Source: Gammaproteobacteria bacterium (lineage in GTDB: Bacteria; Pseudomonadota; Gammaproteobacteria; Eutrophobiales; Eutrophobiaceae). From it: a stretch of 64,000 bases of DNA. Below the pieces are notes generated by a model. That model ran no database searches. It was not told the origin of the DNA and worked only from the letters and a program-made list of their open reading frames with translations. The stretch spans positions 3,632-67,631 of the forward strand of contig JANQJZ010000013.1 of assembly GCA_028281365.1 (NCBI GenBank), given 5' to 3'. Both the position numbers and the translations under genes were made by a program. Position 1 is the stretch's first letter; each line of letters begins with the position of its first letter. This document shows, in pieces, positions 20,008 to 30,509 of this stretch.

Positions 20008-21486
20008 TTAATTTACCAGCCCATACGCAATATCTTTAGCAAAGCCGATATTGACGGATGTTTCTGTACCAAAATAAAGATTGGCCAAAACAAAAATAAA
20101 TAATGCAATATATAATAACCGGGGTGCATTCTGGGTATTATTATTGCTCAATTCAACAGCAGGAGTTTTAAAGTACGCTGCCTCCACTACTTTCCAGACA
20201 TAGAGGATAGAAAGTATTGATGAAAACACTATTATAATTACCAGGCTCCAATAACCTGCAGAAAAAGAAGCCTGTATCAATAACCACTTACTGGTAAAAC
20301 CTGCAGTTAAAGGAATGCCTATTAAACTTAACCCACCGAACAAAAAGCAAGCCGAAGTGTAAGGCATAAATTTTGAAATACCATGAAGCTGCGAAATCAT
20401 CTCAGTGTTATAACGATAAATAATGCAGGCAACTGATAAGAACAACGCGACTTTAATAACAGCATGATTAAACACATGTGCGAGACTGGCTGCCAGACCA
20501 AGTTCCGTTGCTATCGAGATTCCGAGCACCATATAACCTATCTGTGCAATACTCGAATAAGCCAACAAGCGCTTGATACTATCCTGTCTTATCGCCTGAA
20601 TCGAGCCATAAAGAACTGCACCACAAGCAAGAATCATTAACAGATCATTTAATACCAGCTGATTGAAACTGAATTCATAACCAAACAGCGAATAGATAAA
20701 CCGGATTAATGCATAGATAAAAACCTTGGTAGTCGTGCCCGCAAGAAATGTAGATACGATTACAGGTGAATAAGTATAAGCGTCCGGCAGCCATAAATGT
20801 AATGGAAATATTGCTGCTTTTATAGCAATACCAATAGTAAAAAATATTAAGGCAGTAATTACTGTATTTGTATTCTCTACATTGCCTAAACGATCAGACA
20901 GATCAAATATATTCAATGTACCAGTAACAGCATATAGCAGACCAACAGATATCAGAATAAAACTGGCACCGATTGTTCCTAATATTAGATATTTGAAAGC
21001 AGCATAAAGACATCGTCGATCACGGCTAATACTGATCATTGCATAAGATGACAACGACGCAATCTCAATAAATACAAACAGGTTAAATGCATCACCCGTC
21101 ATGACTACACCAAGTAACCCGGTCAGATTTAACAGGAAGGCTGCATAAAAAAGATATAATCGATCAGATGCAATTTCAGATGCCATACTTTCCCTGGCAG
21201 CAATAACGACCACTGCAGCAACTGCATTAATAATTAATAGCATATAGGCGGTTAATAAATCGACATGGTATTCAATACCAGCAGGGGCAACCCACCCACC
21301 TAGTGCATAGGTGATATTATTTCCCCCGGACACTGAGGTAAGCAATAAACAGGCAATTATAAAAGTAATGCAACTTACGAGTGATGCTAATACCCAGCTC
21401 AATGTGCCATTGCGCAAAATGACACAGACCGGGGCAAATATAAGAGGTATAACAACTTGTAGTATAGGCAAATGATTACTTAACAC
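20008..21486 (-). CDS. MrpD/NuoM-like antiporter subunit (ND2/4/5 family)
   Basis: 492 aa. HLWLPDAYT..PVIVSTFLAGTTTK motif typical of NuoM/MrpD. Lies 5 bp from the downstream paralogue. Confidence 0.75.
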   Translation of the reverse strand: MLSNHLPILQVVIPLIFAPVCVILRNGTLSWVLASLVSCITFIIACLLLTSVSGGNNITYALGGWVAPAGIEYHVDLLTAYMLLIINAVAAVVVIAARESMASEIASDRLYLFYAAFLLNLTGLLGVVMTGDAFNLFVFIEIASLSSYAMISISRDRRCLYAAFKYLILGTIGASFILISVGLLYAVTGTLNIFDLSDRLGNVENTNTVITALIFFTIGIAIKAAIFPLHLWLPDAYTYSPVIVSTFLAGTTTKVFIYALIRFIYSLFGYEFSFNQLVLNDLLMILACGAVLYGSIQAIRQDSIKRLLAYSSIAQIGYMVLGISIATELGLAASLAHVFNHAVIKVALFLSVACIIYRYNTEMISQLHGISKFMPYTSACFLFGGLSLIGIPLTAGFTSKWLLIQASFSAGYWSLVIIIVFSSILSILYVWKVVEAAYFKTPAVELSNNNTQNAPRLLYIALFIFVLANLYFGTETSVNIGFAKDIAYGLVN

Positions 21487-21830
21487 TACAACTCCTGCTG
21501 GATTTCATTATCTTCGATAGTACCAAATGCCTTATATATTCTTATGATTATTGCAAGACCCAACGCTGTTGTTGAAATACCGACAACGATTGCGGTCAGG
21601 ATCAAAACATGGGGTAAAGGACTGGAGTAAAGCTGTGCTGACTCAGTCAATACGGGTGCAGTTCCACCACTGACCTTTCCTAAAGATATAAACAGGATGA
21701 AGATTGATGTCTGGAATATATTAATTCCAATCAATTTTTTAACCAGGTTATCATGTGCAATGATGATGTATAGACCTGACATCATCAAAAATATCACAGC
21801 CCAATAATTAAATAATCCAAGAATTTCCAT
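21486..21830 (-). CDS. MrpC/NuoK-like small subunit (cation:proton antiporter subunit C family)
   Basis: 114 aa, 3 TM. Similar to MrpC/NuoK (LIGINIFQTSIFILFISLG). Stop overlaps the start of the next gene. Confidence 0.7.
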   Translation of the reverse strand: MEILGLFNYWAVIFLMMSGLYIIIAHDNLVKKLIGINIFQTSIFILFISLGKVSGGTAPVLTESAQLYSSPLPHVLILTAIVVGISTTALGLAIIIRIYKAFGTIEDNEIQQEL

Positions 21831-22371
21831 TCCGAAATATGACCCGTTGTTAATGACGATTATTAATAGTTGTTATAAACAAGCTAAATAGAAGAGAGCT
21901 TTTGGAGGGGTATTATATATAAAAAAACCGGATGCGCAGGCAAAACAAAAGATAATGACGCAAAGTATTGTTCCCCAATGCGAGGTAAAATCCTGTAAAT
22001 TCGTGCTGTCGGTGGCAAATGATACGCCTGACATAAGAAAAAATAATACAGAAAGCAGTTTAGTGGAAAATTCCTTATTTTTAAAGCGCGTTTATCACAT
22101 TACCCATGGCCGTGTCTTAACCGGCTTATTCGCTAGTTTTAATCCGGAATTAACCACCTGCAGTACATATTCCATGCCAAACCCGCAAGACCGGATTATT
22201 CAAATAAATTAATAATAATCAGTGACTTACATAGATATACTGTTCTGGTCAACGGTTGTTCAAAAAAGGCAAGTTTGTTCCGGTATCCGGCAACTAACAT
22301 GCTGAAATTTTGCATAAAGGTTTTGATGTATGATGCTTATCATGCGGAAATAATCATTCAGGTATAATGGC

Positions 22372-23028
22372 TTGATGATTAGTCAACTCAGTAATAGTAG
22401 GTTTCTTATCCCTGTCATGATCGCTGTTGCAGTGCTGGCTGCTGCAAGCGGCTTTTATATTTCACTAAAACAAAACCAGCAGGTGGTACAAATTAACCCT
22501 GGTATTGATGGTTTATTCTGGCCAAATCCAAAACAACTTAATGAATTTTCCGTCCTTGATCAAAATGGAAATCCTTTTAGCCTGAAACAAATCAAGGGGA
22601 AATGGTCTTTAGTGTTTTTTGGTTATACACATTGTCCGGATATATGCCCGATAACCATGTCTGTGATGTCCGAGAGTTATAAAATGCTTGCTCAACAGAA
22701 TAAGGATGCTCAAACAATTTTTGTCTCGGTCGATCCTGAGAGAGATACAACAGATAAATTATTACAGTATGTTAATTATTTTAACCCTGAATTTATTGGT
22801 CTCGGTGGTGACCTGAATATGATCCAGGGACTAACAAAACAAATTGGAATCGCTTTTTATTATAATAAAGAAGGAAGCAATGAAAACTACCTCGTTGATC
22901 ATTCTGCTTCCGTGTTTCTGATTGATCCAAAAGGCCGTCTGGTAGGTAAACTATCCCCACCACATAAAAAAGAACAAATTGTTAAACAATTTACAACAAT
23001 AAGAGATTTTATAAATGCACAGAGTTAG
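22372..23028 (+). CDS. SCO1/SenC copper chaperone (thioredoxin-like)
   Basis: 218 aa. N-terminal TM anchor. CxxxC copper-binding motif HCPDICP and downstream His. Confidence 0.8.
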   Translation: MMISQLSNSRFLIPVMIAVAVLAAASGFYISLKQNQQVVQINPGIDGLFWPNPKQLNEFSVLDQNGNPFSLKQIKGKWSLVFFGYTHCPDICPITMSVMSESYKMLAQQNKDAQTIFVSVDPERDTTDKLLQYVNYFNPEFIGLGGDLNMIQGLTKQIGIAFYYNKEGSNENYLVDHSASVFLIDPKGRLVGKLSPPHKKEQIVKQFTTIRDFINAQS

Positions 23029-23482
23029 TTTTGCCAAAGTAGTTATACTTATATTTATATTAATTAAACCCATTACATTACAGGCGCATGATAGCATCAT
23101 ATTATCACATGCGTGGATTAGCGAGGCACCACCAACAGTATCAATATTAGCCGGGTATCTTGAAATAAAAAATAATACCAATGAAACAAAAATATTAAAT
23201 GCGGTAAGTGGTTCAGATTTTAATCATATTGAAATCCACCAAAGTATAATTCGTAATGGAATGGCCTCAATGGAAAAACAAAACGAATTGTCGATAACGC
23301 CCGGACAGACTCTTAAATTAACACCAGGTGGTTACCACTTAATGTTATTTGACCCTAGTAGACCTCTACGTTCCGGAGATACTGTTCCACTTGAATTTTC
23401 CTTTGCCGATGGGCACAAGCAAACCATTAATGCTACTGTAGAAAAACGTAACAACAGCACCCATGAGCATCATCACCATTAA
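23015..23482 (+). CDS. PCu(A)C periplasmic copper chaperone (DUF461) with C-terminal His-rich tail
   Basis: 155 aa. Signal peptide. H/M-rich motif region (MASMEKQ.., HLMLF). Ends HEHHHH. Overlaps the SCO1 gene end. Confidence 0.7.
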   Translation: MHRVSFAKVVILIFILIKPITLQAHDSIILSHAWISEAPPTVSILAGYLEIKNNTNETKILNAVSGSDFNHIEIHQSIIRNGMASMEKQNELSITPGQTLKLTPGGYHLMLFDPSRPLRSGDTVPLEFSFADGHKQTINATVEKRNNSTHEHHHH

Positions 23483-23498
23483 TACTGAACGATAAAAG

Positions 23499-24365
23499 AT
23501 GATAGCCCGTGTACTCGATTGTTTAAAAGTCTGGCCACTCTATATGCTACCGAAGCATGGCCTTTCAAGGCTGGTTTATTGGTTAACGCGCATACAGTTT
23601 AAACCCTGGAAAAACTTGCTGATTACGTCGTTTGTTAAATTTTATAATGTTAATATGAATCAGGCTATCTGGCCTGGCCCTGATGATTACCAATCATTTA
23701 ATTCATTTTTTACGCGTAAATTAAAGCCTGATGCGCGAACCTGGGCAAAGGATCCAAACCATGTTCTGTCTCCGGTTGATGGCGCTATCAGCCAGATTGG
23801 TCAAATTAATGATGACAACATAATCCAGGCCAAAGCAATGAATTATAGTCTTACAAAACTGCTATCCAACGAAACCAGGGCGGTTGAATTACTTAACAAC
23901 GGACTCTTCGCTACCTTATATCTTTCACCCCGGGATTATCATCGTATTCATATGCCGGTTTCCGGAAAATTGATCAAATCTATCTATGTTCCAGGCGATC
24001 TTTTTGCTGTTAATACTGCTAGCGTTAGAACTGTAGATCAACTTTTTGCCCGGAATGAACGGTTTATAAGCTTGTTTGACACAGAGATTGGCTTAATGGC
24101 GCAAATTATGGTTGGCGCCGTTTTTGTAGGCAGTATGGATACTGTTTGGCTGGGGCAAATTACACCGACAAAACACCGGGAAATTACGGTTCGGGAATAC
24201 GAAGAAAATGAAGTTGGTCTAAACCAGGGGGATGAGTTTGGCCATTTTAATATGGGATCGACAGTTATTCTTATCTTCCAAAAAGACAGCATTGCATGGT
24301 TGAATGAACTAAAAGCCGAAAACCCCGTTCAGGCTGGACAAGTATTAGGAAAAATTAAAAATTAA
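23499..24365 (+). CDS. psd: Phosphatidylserine decarboxylase proenzyme
   Basis: 288 aa. Self-cleavage motif FNMGSTV (GST) near the C-terminus. Conserved PxDG region. Confidence 0.85.
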   Translation: MIARVLDCLKVWPLYMLPKHGLSRLVYWLTRIQFKPWKNLLITSFVKFYNVNMNQAIWPGPDDYQSFNSFFTRKLKPDARTWAKDPNHVLSPVDGAISQIGQINDDNIIQAKAMNYSLTKLLSNETRAVELLNNGLFATLYLSPRDYHRIHMPVSGKLIKSIYVPGDLFAVNTASVRTVDQLFARNERFISLFDTEIGLMAQIMVGAVFVGSMDTVWLGQITPTKHREITVREYEENEVGLNQGDEFGHFNMGSTVILIFQKDSIAWLNELKAENPVQAGQVLGKIKN

Positions 24366-25792
24366 CCGGCTAATGCTGACAGACAAAGACTCATTAATAT
24401 ATTGGGTATTAAGCCTAAAACCAGAATAGCTAATCCGTTTATACTCAATACGAAACGCATTTGTCGGGATGCCTTGATTGCAGTCATTGAATCAGGTTTA
24501 TCAAAATACATTAGTTTAATAATGCGTAAATAATAATAGGCACCGATGATAGAAAAAACAACGGCTACGGCAGCGAGTACGACAAATCCGGAAGCAACCA
24601 GTTCTTTCAGGACAAACCATTTTGACCAAAAACCAAGGAATGGTGGAACACCGGCCATGGAAAACATAAAGCACAACATAATAAATGCAAACCAGGGACT
24701 ACGTTCAGACAAACCTTTAAAGTCATCCAGCATATCGGCTTCAAAACCAAAACGACCTAATAAAATTATCATACCGAAAGCACCAATACTCATTAATGCA
24801 TAGCTAATGATATAAAACATTGAACCGGCAAAACCTGTAGCAGTACCTGCGATAAAACCCAAAAACAGGAACCCCACGTGAGCAATCGTGGAATATGCCA
24901 GCATGCGTTTTATATTTGTTTGTGAAATCGCGATGATATTACCTATCGCCATTGACAAGACCGCCAGAATCATCAGTATTGATTGCCAATCACTCAATAA
25001 AGGTAAGAGACCATCAACCAGGATACGCATTGCCATTGCAAATGCAGCTAATTTTGGTGCACTGCTGATAAATAAGGTTACTGAAGTTGGCGCACCCTGA
25101 TAAACATCAGGCACCCACATATGAAATGGTGCGGCACCCAGTTTGAATGCAATACCGATAATCAGAAAGATCATGCCATAAACCAGATACATCCTGTTGG
25201 CAGAATCAACATTGATGACATCTGCAATTGTTATCAACTGCAATGATCCGGTAAGACCGTAGATCATTGAAATTCCATACAGTAACATGCCCGATGCCAA
25301 TGCGCCCAAAACGAAATATTTCATTGCTGCTTCAGAAGCTGAACTGGAGGTACGCTGCATAGCTACCATGGCATACAGTGATAATGATAATAACTCGAGT
25401 CCAAGATAAACCGATAACAAACTATAGGCCGATGCCATGATCATCATACCCAGAACCGCAAACAAACCGAGTACAAAATATTCACCTTTAAGGCATTGGT
25501 GTTCTTTCAGGTATTCATGTGAATAAAGAAATACGATAAAACTGATCCCGCATATAAATGCTTTCAATGTCGCACTCATCGCATCACTAATAAAACTTCC
25601 ATGGAAAGCTATGCTTGCATCTTCGGGAAAATAATAAAGCACCAGTCCAAGCGTAATCAATAAACTTGCCTGGGTTATCCAGTAAGACAATAGATGTAGT
25701 GGATCTTTACTATACGCATCAACTACCAGCACTAAACACGCTAATGCGAGTAACGTGATTTCAGGAATGGCAATCATTAAGTCTGCGTTCAT
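24362..25792 (-). CDS. nuoN: NADH-quinone oxidoreductase subunit N
   Basis: 476 aa polytopic protein. Last gene of the nuo operon. Confidence 0.9.
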   Translation of the reverse strand: MNADLMIAIPEITLLALACLVLVVDAYSKDPLHLLSYWITQASLLITLGLVLYYFPEDASIAFHGSFISDAMSATLKAFICGISFIVFLYSHEYLKEHQCLKGEYFVLGLFAVLGMMIMASAYSLLSVYLGLELLSLSLYAMVAMQRTSSSASEAAMKYFVLGALASGMLLYGISMIYGLTGSLQLITIADVINVDSANRMYLVYGMIFLIIGIAFKLGAAPFHMWVPDVYQGAPTSVTLFISSAPKLAAFAMAMRILVDGLLPLLSDWQSILMILAVLSMAIGNIIAISQTNIKRMLAYSTIAHVGFLFLGFIAGTATGFAGSMFYIISYALMSIGAFGMIILLGRFGFEADMLDDFKGLSERSPWFAFIMLCFMFSMAGVPPFLGFWSKWFVLKELVASGFVVLAAVAVVFSIIGAYYYLRIIKLMYFDKPDSMTAIKASRQMRFVLSINGLAILVLGLIPNILMSLCLSALAG

Positions 25793-25803
25793 ATCTTAAC
25801 TCG

Positions 25804-27324
25804 TTATGGAACCTTGGTTTGCATTACATGTTCTACTAATTGTTCCATTGTCATATGCATGACATCAAATACAGGTGCTGGCCAGATACCAAACAATAAA
25901 ACCACAACTGCAAGCATAAACAGGATTAAGCCCTCCCTGGAATTAATATCTTTTAATTCTGCAACCTCTGCCTTGCTTACATCACCAAATATGACCCGCT
26001 TATACATCCATAAGGTATATGCTGCTCCTAAAATCAATGTCAAAGCTGCTGTAAATGCAATCCAGAAACTCGCCTTGAAGCTACTTAAAATAACAAGGAA
26101 CTCGCCAACAAAACCTGAAGTACCTGGCAAACCTGCGTTGGCCATCGCGAATAACATCATAAAAGCAGCAAAGTAAGGCATACTGTTAACGACACCACCA
26201 TAGTCTTTAATCATTCGACTATGTAAACGGTCATACATTACACCAACACAAAGAAACATCGCTGCAGAAATAAAACCATGGGAAATCATTTGCATCATGG
26301 CCCCTTCAATACCCATCAAGGCACCGGATGTAGAGCCTGTCTTTGCAACAATAATAAAGGGGATAAAAAAACCCAGCGTGACAAAACCCATATGAGAGAT
26401 CGATGAATAGGCAATCAGCTTTTTCATATCTTCCTGAACCAGGGCAACAAAGCCGATGTAAACAATCGCAATTAATGATAAAACTATTATTACGTCATCA
26501 AAATAAAGGCTGGCATCCGGTGTTATCGGTAAACTAAAACGAAGGAAACCATAGCCCCCCATTTTCAACATGATTGCTGCCAGTATGACTGAACCACCCG
26601 TTGGTGCTTCCACGTGTGCATCCGGTAGCCAGGTATGTACCGGCCACATTGGTATCTTGACGGCAAAGGCAAGAAAAAACGCGATGAATATTAATTTTTG
26701 TGCCGTTAACGATAATGGTACCGCGTGCATGGCTTCAATGCTAAAGCTATCTGCGACTGAATACAGATAAAGGAATGCAACCAGCATGAATACCGATCCT
26801 AAAAAGGTATATAAAAAGAATTTAATCGTTGCATAAACCCGATTTGGTCCACCCCAGATACCAATAATAATAAACATCGGTATCAACATGGCTTCCCAAA
26901 AGACATAAAACAATATCGCATCGAGTGCCACGAACACACCGTTCATTAAACCTGTAAGAATTAAAAAGGCACACATATAGTAGGAAATATGACTTTCGAT
27001 AACTTCCCACGCTGACAGGATGACAAGAATAGTTGTAAAGGTAGTTAATAAAATTAATGGCAGGCCTATTCCATCAACCCCAATATGGTATTTAATATCA
27101 AAAGCAGCTATCCAGCTTGCTTCTTCAATAAATTGCATTCCAGCAAATTCATTATCAAATTGTTGATAAAGCAATACTGAAAAAATAAATGTAATCACAG
27201 CAACAGCAAGGGAAAAATATTTAACGGTTTGTTCCTGTCTATCCCCTGCAATCAATGCCCAGACACCACCGATTATAGGGGTCCAGATCAACATACTTAA
27301 TATTGGTAAATTTGTTAATGTCAT
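25804..27324 (-). CDS. nuoM: NADH-quinone oxidoreductase subunit M
   Basis: 506 aa. ND4 family motifs (WLPDAHVEAPT). Confidence 0.9.
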   Translation of the reverse strand: MTLTNLPILSMLIWTPIIGGVWALIAGDRQEQTVKYFSLAVAVITFIFSVLLYQQFDNEFAGMQFIEEASWIAAFDIKYHIGVDGIGLPLILLTTFTTILVILSAWEVIESHISYYMCAFLILTGLMNGVFVALDAILFYVFWEAMLIPMFIIIGIWGGPNRVYATIKFFLYTFLGSVFMLVAFLYLYSVADSFSIEAMHAVPLSLTAQKLIFIAFFLAFAVKIPMWPVHTWLPDAHVEAPTGGSVILAAIMLKMGGYGFLRFSLPITPDASLYFDDVIIVLSLIAIVYIGFVALVQEDMKKLIAYSSISHMGFVTLGFFIPFIIVAKTGSTSGALMGIEGAMMQMISHGFISAAMFLCVGVMYDRLHSRMIKDYGGVVNSMPYFAAFMMLFAMANAGLPGTSGFVGEFLVILSSFKASFWIAFTAALTLILGAAYTLWMYKRVIFGDVSKAEVAELKDINSREGLILFMLAVVVLLFGIWPAPVFDVMHMTMEQLVEHVMQTKVP

Positions 27325-27350
27325 TATTCTTGTTATTTTCCGCTATCCAT

Positions 27351-29330
27351 TCAAACCAATATTTGATGTACGAATATTGCCAATAAAGTCAGTAAGCCCA
27401 GGATCAACACGAATGCATAGTCGTAAAGAAAGCCTGTTTGTATTTTTCGAATCTTGCTGGAAAACCAGCGTACACTTTTGGCACTACCATTTACCATTAA
27501 CCCATCGATAATATTAACGTCACCAAACTTCCAGAGTATTTGTCCAATATTTCTAACCCCTCCAGCAAAAACGATTTGGTTAAAATCATCAAAACCATAT
27601 TTATTAACAAGAATCTTATGAATAATTCCAAATTTATCTACTATCCTGGCTGGTAACTCAGGGAATTTGATATAACACAGCCATGCGACAAAGATACCGG
27701 CAAATGCCAAATAAACAGGTGGGTGTTTGAATGCATGCAGCGTAAACAACATGACACCATGATAGTTTTCACCAATCTCGGCCAATACATTATGAGTAGA
27801 TGAAACAACTATTGCGTCTCCAAAATAATCACCAAATAACATTGGGCCTATTAAAAATGCGCCCAGTATTAACGAAGGAATAGCCAATACTGATAATGGT
27901 ACTGTCACCACTGCAGGCGCTTCATGCAGATGTTTCCAGGTTTCGACATCCATTCTTTGTTCACCATGGAAGGTCATAAAGAATAAACGGAAACTGTAGA
28001 GTGCGGTTATAAAGACGCCAAACAAAACAGAGTAATAAGCAAAGGTTGCGCCGGCCAGATCGGAATAATGGACTGCTTCAATGATAGCGTCTTTGGAAAA
28101 AAATCCGGATGTCCCCGGAAAACCGATCAAAGCCAGGGTGCCAAAGAAACAGGTTATCCATGTGATCGGCATTGATTTATATAAGCCACCCATCTTGCGC
28201 ATATCCTGTTCATGATGCATAACGATAATCACTGCACCTGCTCCCAGGAATAACAGGGCTTTGAAGAATGCGTGTGTTACCAGGTGAAACATTGCTGCCG
28301 CATAGGCAGATGCACCCAGTGCAACAGTCATATAACCTAGTTGAGATAAGGTCGAATATGCAACAACACGCTTGATGTCATTCTGTACCAGGCCCAGAAA
28401 GCCCATGAACAATGCTGTGATTGCGCCGATAACCAAAATAAAATTCAGCGCTGTTTCTGATAATTCAAATAACGGTGACATCCTTGAAACCATAAAGATA
28501 CCGGCAGTCACCATTGTCGCAGCATGGATCAATGCAGATATCGGTGTCGGACCTTCCATAGAGTCTGGTAACCAGACGTGTAAAGGAACTTGCGCAGACT
28601 TACCCATAGCACCAATAAATAAACAAATACAGATTACCGTCATTAATGACCAGGGTTCATTACCAAAGATCATTATTGTTGTGTCTGCATGATCTCCAAC
28701 TTTGGAGAAGACTTCTGCATAATCAAGAGAATTGAAATACATTAAGACAGCGGCAATACCCAGTAAAAATCCAAAATCACCGACCCTGTTAACCAGGAAT
28801 GCCTTGAGGTTGGCAAAAATTGCTGTTTCCTTTTTAAACCAGAAACCGATCAACAAATAAGAGACCAATCCCACTGCTTCCCAGCCAAAAAATAGTTGCA
28901 GGAAGTTATTCGACATGACCAACATCAACATCGAGAAGGTAAATAATGAGATATAACTAAAGAAACGTTGATAACCGGAATCATCATGCATATATCCAAT
29001 CGTATAGATATGGATCATCCACGAAACAAATGAGACTACGACCATCATTGTCACTGAAAGCGGATCGATAAGAAAACCAATCTCAAATGTAATGCCACCA
29101 CTGCTCAACCAGGTATAAACAGCTTCGTTATATACACCACCGCCATCAAACATATGATGTTTATAAGCAACCATGGAAAGAATACTGGATATCGCAACAC
29201 CTATGATCGTTACCCAATGCGCACCACTTCTGCCAATTAATTTTCCAAACAGGCCGGAAATAAGAGAGCCTGCAAGCGGGGCTAATACAATGGCAAGATA
29301 GATTTGTTCCATGTTATCTAGCATGGTCAA
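27351..29330 (-). CDS. nuoL: NADH-quinone oxidoreductase subunit L
   Basis: 659 aa. ND5 family. The track start is TTG; ATG alternatives lie 2 or 6 codons in. Confidence 0.9.
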   Translation of the reverse strand: MTMLDNMEQIYLAIVLAPLAGSLISGLFGKLIGRSGAHWVTIIGVAISSILSMVAYKHHMFDGGGVYNEAVYTWLSSGGITFEIGFLIDPLSVTMMVVVSFVSWMIHIYTIGYMHDDSGYQRFFSYISLFTFSMLMLVMSNNFLQLFFGWEAVGLVSYLLIGFWFKKETAIFANLKAFLVNRVGDFGFLLGIAAVLMYFNSLDYAEVFSKVGDHADTTIMIFGNEPWSLMTVICICLFIGAMGKSAQVPLHVWLPDSMEGPTPISALIHAATMVTAGIFMVSRMSPLFELSETALNFILVIGAITALFMGFLGLVQNDIKRVVAYSTLSQLGYMTVALGASAYAAAMFHLVTHAFFKALLFLGAGAVIIVMHHEQDMRKMGGLYKSMPITWITCFFGTLALIGFPGTSGFFSKDAIIEAVHYSDLAGATFAYYSVLFGVFITALYSFRLFFMTFHGEQRMDVETWKHLHEAPAVVTVPLSVLAIPSLILGAFLIGPMLFGDYFGDAIVVSSTHNVLAEIGENYHGVMLFTLHAFKHPPVYLAFAGIFVAWLCYIKFPELPARIVDKFGIIHKILVNKYGFDDFNQIVFAGGVRNIGQILWKFGDVNIIDGLMVNGSAKSVRWFSSKIRKIQTGFLYDYAFVLILGLLTLLAIFVHQILV

Positions 29331-29575
29331 ACCCGTATATTGTATAAGTTGCCGAAATGATAACGCCGTACTGGTACGTTTTGAGCGTGCTCACGACCGC
29401 AATCATAGCCTTAGCTCTGGTGTAGGGAGTATGTGCGCTCAAAACGTGCGAGGACAAGTTAGCACTCGGCAAATATTTTTTTCGGTAACTTATATATATC
29501 TTACTTAAAGGAAAAAGTACCTGATTAAGAGTTATTTTTAATATGTTCATATGTACTTATGCAATATACGGGTTT
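29329..29575. repeat. MITE/REP-like element filling the nuoL-nuoK spacer. 14-15 bp perfect terminal inverted repeats (aaacccgtatattg / caatatacgggttt) plus an internal inverted repeat cgttttgagcg..cgctcaaaacg
   Basis: Terminal repeats read directly at 29329-29343 and 29561-29575, abutting the nuoL start and nuoK stop. The internal unit is related to the 36341-36480 and 12030-12215 copies. Confidence 0.55.
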
Positions 29576-29879
29576 AGCCCTTCATACTATCTAATGCATC
29601 TACATTAATAGTTTCTTTATTTCTAAACATAACAACAAGGATCGCAAGCCCAATCGCCGATTCTGCTGCTGCAACTGTCAGTATAAAAAACACGAATACC
29701 TGACCATGAATATCGCCAAGAAAATGTGAAAAGGCAATGAAGTTCATATTCACAGATAACAACATCAACTCAATACACATTAGTAGAATAATGACATTCT
29801 TTCTGTTTAGAAAAATTCCAGCCACGCTGATACAAAATAATAATGCTGCAAGTATCAAAACTTCAGGCAAAGTAATCAT
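29574..29879 (-). CDS. nuoK: NADH-quinone oxidoreductase subunit K
   Basis: 101 aa, 3 TM. Conserved Glu residues in TM2/TM3 ([12 protein letters not shown]). Confidence 0.9.
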   Translation of the reverse strand: MITLPEVLILAALLFCISVAGIFLNRKNVIILLMCIELMLLSVNMNFIAFSHFLGDIHGQVFVFFILTVAAAESAIGLAILVVMFRNKETINVDALDSMKG

Positions 29880-30478
29880 TCTTTTTTCTCCGCCTGCATT
29901 TTGATAACTCGTAGTCGATCTTTCTTCTTCACAAAGACCTGATCACCCGGATTTTTAGATTTTGTAAGCTTGGCTTTACTCATACTGAGTGATATTGCAG
30001 CAATAATAGCGACTAATAAAATTGCACCAGCGATCTCAAATTGATAGAGATATTCTGTGTAAAGAGTTAAACCCAGCTCTCTTGTATTACTGTGATCCGC
30101 ACTGACTTCTTTTACTGCCATGTAGTTTTCTGACATGAAATAATTAGAACCAACGACAAGACCCATCGCGGTAACCATTAGAAGTGCAACAATAATCCCG
30201 ACTGGTAAATAACGTGCAAATCCTTCTCTTATTGTGACAAGGTTGATATCAAGCATCATGACGACAAATAAAAACAACACCATGACTGCACCAACGTAGA
30301 CAAGCACCAAAGCAATAGCTAAAAATTCTGCCTGCAACAACAACCATATTGCAGCAGATGAAAAAAAGGACAGAACCAGAAATAATGCAGCATGTATCGG
30401 GTTTTTCATTACCACGACCATTGATGCTGACAGTAATAACATACTGGCAAAAAGATAAAAAACTACCTGTTCAATCAT
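29876..30478 (-). CDS. nuoJ: NADH-quinone oxidoreductase subunit J
   Basis: 200 aa. ND6 family. Confidence 0.85.
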   Translation of the reverse strand: MIEQVVFYLFASMLLLSASMVVVMKNPIHAALFLVLSFFSSAAIWLLLQAEFLAIALVLVYVGAVMVLFLFVVMMLDINLVTIREGFARYLPVGIIVALLMVTAMGLVVGSNYFMSENYMAVKEVSADHSNTRELGLTLYTEYLYQFEIAGAILLVAIIAAISLSMSKAKLTKSKNPGDQVFVKKKDRLRVIKMQAEKKE

Positions 30479-30509
30479 TCAATTTTCCGCAAAAATATTA
30501 TTGTTTTTA

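Noticed and set aside
21955-22212. 85-aa ORF in the mrp-like/sco1 intergenic region
   Set aside because: No recognisable family. Low-complexity composition. Lies in a probable promoter region. No convincing RBS context, so likely spurious
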